DNA of 64,000 nt from Macrostomum hystrix (lineage: Eukaryota > Animalia > Platyhelminthes). Where the stretch lies: the NCBI GenBank assembly GCA_950097015.1, contig CATNEN010000002.1, positions 2,232,001 to 2,296,000 of the forward strand, written 5' to 3'. Below the pieces are notes generated by a model that did not search any database, was not told the DNA's origin, and saw only the letters and a list, made by a program, of their open reading frames with translations. Position 1 is the stretch's first letter. Every line of letters starts with the position of its first letter. Below are positions 46,901 to 58,362 of the stretch, piece after piece. Position numbers and translations under genes: made by a program.

Positions 46901-49900
46901 GGGAATGGTGTGGGGAATTCAGTAGGGGTTTGTGTAAAGAATGGTGTGAGGAATTGTGTTGGGAAATGTGTGGGGAATGGTGTGGTGAATGGTGTAGGAA
47001 ATGCTGTAGGGAATGCTGTAGGGAATGCTGCAGGGAATGCTGTAGGGAACGGTAAGGTATCAGAGCCAAGTGACAAAGGTGGCTGCTCACTTATAATCTT
47101 CCTGGGCGCTGGCGGATGCCGCCGAGCCTCCGGCGGCCCTGAAGGCATTCCACAGACGCAGCAGCCGCTTGGCGGTCTCGTCAGTGGCGATGATGTGCAG
47201 TTGGCGCACAGCCAGAGCTACCAGCTTGTCCAGGGTGAAAAGCTCGTAGTGTTGAACGCCAAGGAGCTCGCGAACCTGACGGTCGGATTGAGGTTCGAAG
47301 GATTAAGACATCCACAAAAATCAATTAGAGCCAAATTTGTAAACGCATTCTGGAGATTTCAGCCCAGACCAAGAGGTCGGGAGTTCGAACCTCCCCGGAG
47401 TAGAGACTGAACAGCCGTACGCAGACTTTGCGAGTGGATGCGGCTGAGGCATTGGCCTATCTGAGCTAGCTGGAATTTCTATTTCTCTTCGCATTGCGCT
47501 CACCTGGTCCTCAAAAGCGGCTGAGTCCACAGCGCCATCCATCAGGGACACCAGCAGGTCCATGAAGTGCGAATACATCCGGTCCGGCCGTACAGTCGGC
47601 GGCTGGCGCAGGCGCAGAGCCACCGCAGTGCTCTCAGAGCCGGTGCCGTCGAAATCGCCAGCAGCCGCTGCGGCCTCATCGCAGGCGGTTTTGGCAGCGG
47701 CCAGCCGCTTACACAGAAGGTGATACAGCCGCAGCAGGGCATAGATGCTGGTATTGCCTAGCAGCAGAGATGACGCAGTTGCTGCAGCAGCAGCGGTGGC
47801 GTTGGCGACGGAGGCGCCGTCTTTGACTTCGTCTTCGCCGTCGCTGCCTTCATCGTCGCTCAACGGCAGCCGTGTCTCCAGCAGGAGGTCCCGAAGCCAT
47901 CGACGCAGCAGGCGTTTAACAGCGGACTTCTCCTCCTTAGCGTAGCCCTGCCGTTTCACGTGGTGGATAAGAAGGCCGACAGCGTCTCGACGCACGTCAT
48001 CGTCGGAGGGCATCTGGAGCCGGAGTGGAGCCGCTGCGGAGCCCCGAACGGACAACTCGTTGACGAGGGCTCTAGTGCGCAGCTGTTTCTGATCAGCCTG
48101 CTTGAAGTTGGCACTTTGGTGGTCCAGGCTCTTCAGATAGCACCGATCGGTCTGTTCGCGCCAGACTCTGTTGAAAGACTTCTGAGCATCGCGCCATTCC
48201 TCTTGTTTGGCGCGCAGGCGGCGAAGTGCCAGGGGCGCAGCTACCGCCGGACTGTCCTGCAGGCCCTGAATCATGGCCTGGGCGCGTTCGCCATAGATTC
48301 TGCAAGTTGGGAGACCGGATACAGATTTTATTTAGTCCCATTTATTACATGTGTCAAAGCAAAACCTCAGAGGCATGCAATTTGATAACCTGGGTTTCAT
48401 TTGGTGTATTAATTGCGACCGGATCTAACTTTAACCAGCTGGGAATAGCCAATTATCAAACACTGAACATGCTGAACATAAGTGAGCACAGCTTAATCAG
48501 TAAAGTTGGTGAAAAATTGGCGGCCCATTTTACAAGAGCCATAGAGATAAGGCGGAGGCAGTTTTTTAGCTTCCTATTATTAGAGAATGAGCAGGACTGC
48601 AGTTGGCAAGGCACATCCAAAAAGCGAACGCCAAATGCGGGGGGGACAAAGGAATTCAGCTGAGAAATGCTGCGGTGGGCCGGCATGGCCACTGCAACGG
48701 CTCGCTTATCCCCATGAGCCGCGACTTTCGATTAAAGGGGCTGCTGCTGCGACACAGTTTGAAGCTGGCACCAGTACGCAATCGAGATGCGGATGTAGAA
48801 AAGTGGGACTAGAGTGGAGTGACAAAATGCAAACTGCAATTTACCCGGCGCATAGAGACCGGAGAGCTAGGGGAGCGAAACAGGCAGGCCAAGCACGATT
48901 AGCTGGCCATCGATACCGCAGAACTCGCGCCTTGAGGCTCAGCAATGCCATGCCCCTAAACTGGTGGATTAAGCTGTGGCTATGGATGGGAGGGGAAGGA
49001 ACACAGGCGGTCACTGAGCCCCAAGCTGTGAGATATGAAAGGCATGGATCGGAGGAAGCAGGCGGCAGAAGCAATCTGGGATCTGGCGCTCATAATGTAT
49101 GCAGGGCGCTGCTAGGAGGCGACTGAGATGGCCGCGGCCAAACGCGCCGGATGAATTAAGGCCAGGGTGCAGAGTGACAGCCAGGCGGGGGGCGTAGGAG
49201 GCCAGATGTTGCTAGCCGAGCCTCAAGTGCCTACGCCTGGTGCTTTCAGAGCTACCAAGGAGAAGGGGGCGAGCGGCGATAGCGGGGCACAGCGGCAAGG
49301 ATTCAGACGCAGCGTATCAGCTTGGGGGTTGGTAGGCGGTAGTCGGGGACTGAGCCGCGAGGAAAATGAGTGCTCTACGGCTGCGTCCTGTTGTAGCCCA
49401 TGCCTATCTGCACGATGCTGACCAATCTGACCAATTGGAATTTGGCCGCTCCTTGGCAGGCAGCCATGCAACAGGGCAGAACTCAGCAATAGCAGGGGAT
49501 GACACAATGTGCCGTATAAACCGGACTGCAGCTAAAATATATGGTCTCATTCTTTAAGTTTATAATTGTGCTTTGATCTTAGCTCTTGGTGAGTAGTTTA
49601 TTTCTTACAGAAATAAAATATGCGAATATATTAAAAATTAATATATCTATCAATTAGTTGCTACGAGCATGGAAGAGGATCAACACTTCCGGCCCTTCAC
49701 CAAGCATTCTGTAGAGCGCATAGTCCGCAGGCAGGAGGAAGGCACTTTCTTGGGCCAGGCGTTGAGTGCGCACGCATCCGCGTTCGGAGCTGCGCACACG
49801 CACGCAAATGTGGCGACGCCGCTAGCCGGACGGGTGTGCAAGTACGGCCTGAATGAGATCGGAGAAGCCGAAGAGGCTAAGCACAGTCCGACTAAGCCGA

Positions 49901-52900
49901 CAACTACAACTTCGGAAGAGCGAAAACCGAACCCAAAGCTAGCGGCTGGAATGAAGCTGCCACCGGCACTGAGCGATAAATTTCACGCGAAAAGACTTGG
50001 TGGCGTTCTTCTGGAAGACATCGACGATTACTATGGCGATAAATTCACTTTCGTAGTGATATCGCGCGACAAAACTATCTTTAGATTTTCAGCCACAAAC
50101 GCGCTGTTTGTATTGTCGCCATTTAATCCAGTACGAAGGGCCGCGATTCGTGTTTTGACACACCCCGCGTTCTCCATGATGGTTCTGCTAGCTATTATCT
50201 GCAACTGCGTCTTCATGGCACGTAATAGCAGCTCGGAGGCTGTTGAGTACACCTTTACAGCTATTTACACGGCTGAAGCCACTATCAAAGCGATCTCACG
50301 CGGGCTCATACTCACGGACTTCACCTATCTGCGAGACGCTTGGAACTGGTTAGACTTCATAGTGATCGGACTTGCTTACATCATGTTCTTTGTGCCCACA
50401 CTGGGAAATCTCAGTGCGCTGCGGTCTCTTCGTGTGTTGCGCGCGCTTAAGACGGTGACCACTGTACCAGGCTTAAAGACCATCGTTGGAGCGCTTATGG
50501 AAGCCGTCAAGAGGCTCAGAGATGTCGGAATTTTGACAATCTTTGTCCTTAGCATCTTTGCTCTGGTCGGCTTGCAGGTTTACAAGGGAACACTCCTTCA
50601 AAAGTGTGTCAAACGGTTTAACTTCACTAGTTACCTCGACTACGAGTACGTAGGAAACAGCACAGATCTTACGAAGTCTCAATTAGATGACTTGGAGCAT
50701 CTACTCGAAAAAGTCTATTATAACAATATGAGCAACTGGCTGGGCTACCCAAACGAATTGAGAGTTTGCTCTTTAAATCCAGACATGGGCCAGCAGTGCC
50801 CAGAAGGTTACAAATGTTTTCGAACGGATAAAGTGAATCCCAACTTTGGCTATACAAACTTTGACAACTTCGGCTGGTCAATGCTTTGCGCTTTCCGCTT
50901 AATGACACAGGACGCCTGGGAGAGTCTCTACCAGTTAATCCTTCGAACTAATGGCACACCCCACGTCGTGTTTTTTGTACTAGTCATAATGATGGGATCT
51001 TTCTTCCTAATTAATGTCATCCTTGCCATAGTGGCAATGGCTTACGATGAGGTGAGAAAGCAAGACAAGCTTGACGAGGAGGAGGAAGAGGCAGCGAGAA
51101 AGCAGGAGGATGAGAGGCGAGAGCTGGAAGAACATGTGAAGGAAGTTTCGGTGGAGAAAAGCGTTTCGGATGAAGTCAGCTGTTTAAGTATTACAGACAT
51201 TTACAAAGCGGCAGGGATACCCTTGGAGAGTGCAAAAAAGAGCTTAGACAAGTTGAGCGTACGCTCCGATAAGATCGAAGGTGGTCCAGTGCGAACCCCA
51301 ATAAGCTCCTACATTTCTAAGCACCTATTGAAACAAAAGTCTAAAAGTGTGAGCCTACCCGGATCGCCATGCATAAAGCACAAAGACCGATTCCACTGGA
51401 AGCCCAGCGAATGTACGCAGGTAAACGTGCTCGAGACGATAAGTTTCCCATACGCAGATGATTCAGCCGCTCATACACCTGCTTCGGAAGTCAGCTCGAG
51501 GGAGCCAAAGGATGGACCAAACAGCAAGTTCAAGTACTTCGCACTGTTTTCCGCTTTTGCTAACAGGCAGCCAACAAAGACGGATCTACTAGGAAAGATT
51601 GCAAACAGCAAGTCGCCACTGGAATCTCGCAAATATAAGGACATACTCATGTGTACCAGAAACGGGTCGGACAAGCCGATCCCAGAGATCTTGCTCCAAG
51701 AGGAGACGAAACAGCCCGGAGTTATCGATCACAAGGAGCTGCTTGGCATCAGAAAGACTCAAAGTCAGCGTACGCTGCGTGAAACGACATCGCAGTCACA
51801 AGTAGGAGGCGAAATTGAAATGCATGATGTAATTGTGCTTAAAACCCTGATTGAGGATGCGACAAAGCCAGAGAAAGATGAAGTGGAATGTAGGCCAAAA
51901 GAGAAGAAGTTTGAGCACTACAAGCACTTGTTCTTAGAGAAAGCCTGCTACAGCTGGGAGTGCTGCTACTGTTGGAAGGTGTTTGAAAAGTATGTCGGCT
52001 TCTTCATACTTGACCCATTTGTGGAGCTCTTCATAACGCTGTGCATTCTAGTCAACACTGGCTGCATGGCCCTAGATGTTCCGTCTAACACTCCGACTTT
52101 TAAAGAAGTTTTGAGCAATGCTAATCTATTCTTTACAGCTACTTTTGGTGTAGAGGCAGTGTGCAAGCTGATCGCAATGAAACCGCAAGTTTACTTCAAA
52201 GATGGCTGGAATATATTCGACTTCACGATTGTAGTTTTGAGCTTTGTCGAATTACCACTGTCTAACGTTCAAGGCCTTTCCATACTTCGCGCCTTTCGAC
52301 TTCTCAGAGTATTTAAACTCGCTAAGTCATGGCAGACGATGAACCTTCTATTTGCTATCATTGCAAGAACAATGGGTGCCCTTGGAAACTTAGTGTTCGT
52401 ACTCGGGATTATTATATTTATCTTCGCAGTGGTGGGAATGCAGCTGTTTGGCGAGAACTATGCTCTGTATAAGAACGAAACATTGTACCCGGAGTTCAAA
52501 GGCGACTATCCCAGGTGGAATTTCAAAGACTTTACGCACAGCTTTATGATTGTTTTCCGCGTGCTATGTGGCGAATGGATCGAGAGCATGTGGGGCTGTA
52601 TGAACGTAAACGGCTACATCTGCGTACCATTCTTTTTGCTGACCAACATTCTGGCTAGCCTGGTGGTGCTCAGCTTATTCCTGGCGCTGCTGCTGAGCAG
52701 CTTCGGTGCTGAAAGCTTGCAACGTCGCGAAGAAGAAGAAGAGGTGAACAAATTGCAAGAGGCTATAGACAGAATTAATAGGTTCATAGTTTGGTCCAGA
52801 ATTAATATTAAGAGACTATTCTGGCACTTAGTGGACAGAGCCTGCACTCGCAACTACAACGACAACGATCTATTCGAAAGTGATGACGCTGACGACAGCA

Positions 52901-55900
52901 GCGAAGACAAAGCGAAGCCATGCGGAGGGAAGGGCAGGCCAGGCATCCAGTTGGACAGCAGATTTCCACTAAAGCAACACGGAGCTTATATCATGGAGAA
53001 CGTGACTATTGCCGCCAGCCAAATGGTGTTTAAGGACATAAACGAGGCCAACATTCTCGCGGATACTAGCAGCGGCACACATCAAAACAAAGTCTTCCCC
53101 GCGGGCCACATGACCATTGCGATCGAAGACAAGTTGTCACCGAAATTCGATGAAGAGCCTGAGATCAACGAAGTGGACATTCAGTACTGGGATGCGCCGG
53201 AGGACTGCCTGCCAAAGCGGCTCATGGATTTCTGCCCTAGGGCTGTGCAGCTGTGCGACAATACCAATCTGGGAAAGATCTGGTGGGGATTTCGCTGCCG
53301 CGCATATAAGCTGGTTGAGCACAAGTACTTTGAAATGTTTATTATCCTGATGATAGCGTTGAGCAGCGTCACCCTAACACTGGAGGATGTAAATCTACCA
53401 AAGCGACCGAAACTGAAGCTAGTCCTAGAATACATGGACAAGTGTTTCACAATTATATTCACTTTCGAAATGATCGTCAAATGGTTCGCTTTTGGTTTGA
53501 AAAAGTATTTTAAGGACGCCTGGTGCTGGCTGGATTTTGTTATAGTTAACGTGGCATTATTTAGTCTAGTCCTTAACTTTTTAGGCGGCGCATCAGGTCA
53601 AAACATGGGCGCATTCAAGGCAATGCGAACGCTAAGAGCACTAAGGCCGCTTCGAGCAGTAAGTCGCTGGGAAGGCATGAAGGTTGTGGTCAACGCGTTG
53701 ATTCAGGCGATACCATCCATCTTTAATGTACTGCTTGTGTGCCTCGTGTTCTGGTTGATATTTAGCATTATGGGAGTGCAGCTGTTTGGAGGACAATTCT
53801 ACAAGTGCATCGACAGCAACAATGAGAGAGTTTCAGCAGATATAATAGCAAACAAAGAGGAGTGCGAGCAGATGGCCGCCGCGTTTAGGAACGTGACCTG
53901 GGAAAATTCGAGGATCAACTTTGACAATTTCCTAAACGGATATCTGGCACTGTTTCAAATCGCTACGTACAAGGGTTGGATTTCGATAATTGCTGACGCC
54001 GTGGACATAACAGGTATGAGGAAAAAAGTTTTGTATACAATGTGCGGTATTACAAAATTTATCGAAATTTACACCAAAATAATAATTGCAGGTGTAAACA
54101 ATCAACCAAGGAGGGATGCCAGTACGTCAATGTACCTATTCTTTGTCCTATTTATAATATTTGGCTCATTCTTCACACTGAAGCTGTTTATCGGTGTGAT
54201 AATCGACAACTTCAACGTGCAGAAGAAGCGAGCAGGCGGTTCCGTGGAGCTATTCATGACTGAGGACCAGAAACGCTACTACAAGGCCATGAAGAAAATG
54301 AGCAGCGCAGCGCCGCAAAAGCCCATCCCGAAGCCGAAGTTGAGAATCTCGCAGTTTTTCTTTAAGGTGATCAATGACCAAAAGTTTGACATAGCAATCA
54401 TGGTGTTCATTATGCTCAATACTATAGTTATGTGTATTGAGCATCACAATCAGTCGGAAACATTCAATGATGTAGTCGAGCAGATCAATCGCTTCTTCAT
54501 CGTGATCTTCACTGGAGAGTGCGTGATGAAACTGCTGGCACAACGCTGGTACTACTTTAAGTTCGCTTGGAATATGTTCGACTTTGTCATCGTAGTACTA
54601 AGCATTCTCACGTGGGCCATCGAAGATATCATGGTGCGTCTGCCGATACCGCCAACAATGATTCGCGTGGTGCGAGTGTTCCGGGTTGGCCGAGTTCTTC
54701 GCCTAGTGAAATCGGCTCGCGGAATTCGAACCCTACTGTTCTCACTGTTCGTATCTCTGCCGGCACTGTTCAACATTGGCCTGCTACTGTTCATGATCAT
54801 GTTTATCTATAGCATTGTCGGCATATCGTTCTTCAGTCACGTGCGATACCGCAGCGGCATCGACGAGATCTTCAACTTCGAGACCTTCCCAGCAGGCATG
54901 GTGGTGCTGTTCCAGCTGAGCACGTCAGCAGGCTGGGACGGCGTGCTGGACGGCCTCATCAATGAAGAGGAGCCCTTCTGCAGTCCGAATAAAAAGCCAC
55001 ACAGCGACTGCGGCAACTACGCAGTAGCGGTGGTGTTTCTCATCTCTTACCTGGTCATCAGCTTCCTAGTCATTATCAACATGTACATCGCCGTGATTCT
55101 AGAAAATTTCAGCCAAGCCACGGAGGACGTCCAGCAAGGGCTGACGCAAGAGGACTTCGATCTATTCTACGAGAAATGGGAGGCCTACGATCCGAAAGCG
55201 AAAGGTTTCATTCCTGTTGAGCAGGTGTACGCATTCCTGGACGAATTAGATCCGCCTTTGCAGCTGCCGCAGCCGAACAAGATCAAACTGGCCACACTGA
55301 GTGTGCCAATCTGCAAGGGGGACACAATCTTCTGCGTCGACCTGTTGGACGCTTTGACGCGCAATTTTCTAGGCACGGCGGCAGACGAAGAGGAGCTGGC
55401 CGCCTTGAAGCCCAAAGGTGGCGGCAAGCTCAAGGATGAGCGCATCATCATCAGCAACACCATGGAGCGGCAGAGGCAGCGATATGCAGCTTGCATCATC
55501 ACCAAGTACGTTCGCGCCTACGCTTCCAGGTGCAAAGCCAAGAGACTGGAAGCTGGCGGCGACAACGTCATCAAGGTGACTGGAGGACATGACGACTGAC
55601 AAAAATACAACGAGCGACTGGCTTAGAAACTATTAGTTTTGACTAATTTGTAACTTTGAAACTATGAGTCTACTAAAGTAAAGAATTGATTTACCCCGAG
55701 AATAGTGAGGCGAGGGTCCAATAGTTTCCTTCAGTATTACCCGTTCGATTCACACTTACTAAATGTAACCTTCAGTAACTCTAATGCTTAACGCTGATGA
55801 AAAGTTATTTTTACACTCACGCGTATATCATTTATACCGCAATAAAAATATCAATATTGACTTTTTTGCAGCTTTTGACTGTATAAAGACGGATTTAATC

Positions 55901-58330
55901 CTAATTTAATCCTAAACTTGAGCTATTTACACGCCTGTATGTAAATGATTGTAACCACTTGTTAAAGCTATATCAATCCCAATCGCTAATCGCATATCCG
56001 CAATCAGCAGCTAGCAAATAATTGTTATCAAATGCTTCGTTAGCATGGAGTTCTATGATGTTATGCCTATTGATGTTATCCCTATCGCAAAGGAATGCCT
56101 GCTATTGCCAACAAATAATTGAGCAAGCTTCTGATCTATACTCCAATGCTAACAATTAAGTAAAATGAACTCTAATGCTTTGCAAAGAAACCACTTTTAA
56201 TCAGACCAATCGGTTGACTTGGATATATACTTTTGTCAGCTATTTATATAACTATCTATGCAGACTGAAAAATTAATTGCAGAATTAGAAAACCAACTCA
56301 ACCACCATGCTTATCAGGAAACAGCACAAGGTCCGGAAGTAAAATATGCTCGTAGTTTTTTTTCATAAAAATAGTGCGAGAAACGCGAAGTTACATTTTT
56401 AGTACAGTCATTAAACTATAGTATTGTAATTATCTTGACTTGTACTAAAAATATAAGACGAGAAAAATGATTTTTTTGTTATAATTGCTAGAGCGAACCA
56501 ATTTTTGTGTTCGCTCTGATGCAATTATTGCCGTCGGCTTGGCTTGTAGGCGGTTGGAATTTTAAATTCAACGCCAGATCTCATTGCCCTTATAACCATT
56601 TTTTTCTCTGACAGACATCATTCAGTCAGAAATCATTCATTCTTCTAGAAAGAATGTAATGCATTCGAATATGCGTTTGAGAGGCAAAGCAGAATGGCAG
56701 ATTAATGGAATGAGTCAGAATGAGATATTGGAATTATTGTCACTCTGTAATAGAACAAAATTCCCCGCAAATGAAAAGAAAAAGATTTATTTCATGCGAT
56801 TATTATTATGAGCTTTCCGCCCGTAAACTCGACCTCTTGCTTAGGAGTATTTTACAGTAGAAGAGAAAGAGTGTTTACAACAAGCGCAGACTTCTCACCT
56901 CTGAATGGCCTTCCTGAGTAGTACACCAGAGCTGCAGCCAAGATCATCTCCGAGCCTATAGCTGGCCTGCTCCTCTTGAGTTGGCAGCCGGTGGAGCCGT
57001 TTCAGCAAAGCCTCCAGAGCCCTGATAGCCGAGCAGTTCACCTCCAGCACCATGTCCAACTCGTATCGTTCGTCCTCCACTCGATAGCAGGCCTCTTCAA
57101 ATTGGTTCTTGCGCGCGCTGACATTGTGAGTGTCCTCGCTGGACCAGCTGGGGAAGCTCACTAGACTGTCGTTAAGCACCTGTTGAGGATAATTGTGGCG
57201 TAGGGAAATATTCGGGGGTGAGCGGTTTAACGCGTTTGGCAATTGCCCCAAGCTCGAGCTCGATTCCACGGCGAGGCCACATTCATTTGGGGCGCAGCCG
57301 CGGAGAGAAGGCTTGGGGGCTTGTCGTGGTGCAATTTACGCAATTGAGGGCCAACCTCCATGCAATTCACAGTGAGAGTGAACACTGATGATAAGAAAGC
57401 GTGTGAGCGTGTGCCTGTGTACAGTATCTGTGTGCGTGTGTGCTCAGGAGTCAGCGAAATGGGCAGAATTGCTTCCTAGCAGGCTGAGGGTCTAGTGTCA
57501 CTAAATGATGTGCCACTGTCGGCAGCCATTCTGCAAGGATTACTATTCTGATATTCAAACGAAATTCAGCTAAAGCTACTTAAAGTAGTTAAACTCGAAA
57601 AGCATTCAATGTTATAGTACGACTAATCGCAATAGAAAAGAAATCAAGCAGTAATCCAACTGAGCTAGGCCAGGTGGTACAGCCCAGCTAGTTTGTGTCG
57701 ATTTTTACAGCTGATTAAAGTAAAACAAATATTGTTTTCCTATGGCTGGGATTCGAACTCCAGACCTCTTACCGGCACACATACATAATCCCAAACCTTA
57801 CCTCCTGGTACAGGGGCAGCTTCTCTCGACCGCTGCACCTGGGCGAAGCGTGGCTGGGCGGCAGCATGCGGTACGAGCTGCCGCAGCGAGTTAGCGTATT
57901 GAAGTCGATGTCCATGTGATGCCTGCCCGGCTCGCGATCCACTTCGGCGGCCGCCGCCGCGACTGTGGAGGAACCGGCAGACGATGACAATGCTCCAGCA
58001 TCGTCAACAACTGCGACAGCGGGGGCGGAGCTAGTCCCTCCGACGGCTGTTGTTGAACCCGAAGAAGGAGTCAAGAATGACAGGCCGACAGAGTTGGCCT
58101 CGGAGTTCAATGCCTCCTTCAAGTCCCAGTACACCTGTGGCTGGGAGCGCAGGGGACCCACCGCACGGGCCAGCAGCTCGGCCTTGTCAATGCGGCCATT
58201 GTTGAACAGATTCACGCAGCGCAAGAAGCCGCCGAACACGTCGGCATCGGGCATCGCCGATTGCAGACCCTCGAATAGTGTCGGCCGGGACTTCAGCGAG
58301 TCCTGGCTGGCGCCGATTGAGCGTCGAACG

Positions 58331-58362
<32 letters not shown>

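Noticed and set aside
46205-47410. GNGV, PTPF, HSPH and CGEW repeat ORFs
   Set aside because: Intronic 12-bp minisatellite; the Sin3 exons splice around it in phase.
47375-47430. tRNA-like B-box sequence (also ~57745-57770, ~7000-7040, ~28965)
   Set aside because: No complete cloverleaf; these are SINE heads.
48450-49560. GC-rich patch with several short ORFs upstream of Nav
   Set aside because: No recognisable domain; more likely the Nav promoter or 5' UTR, but not resolvable from sequence.
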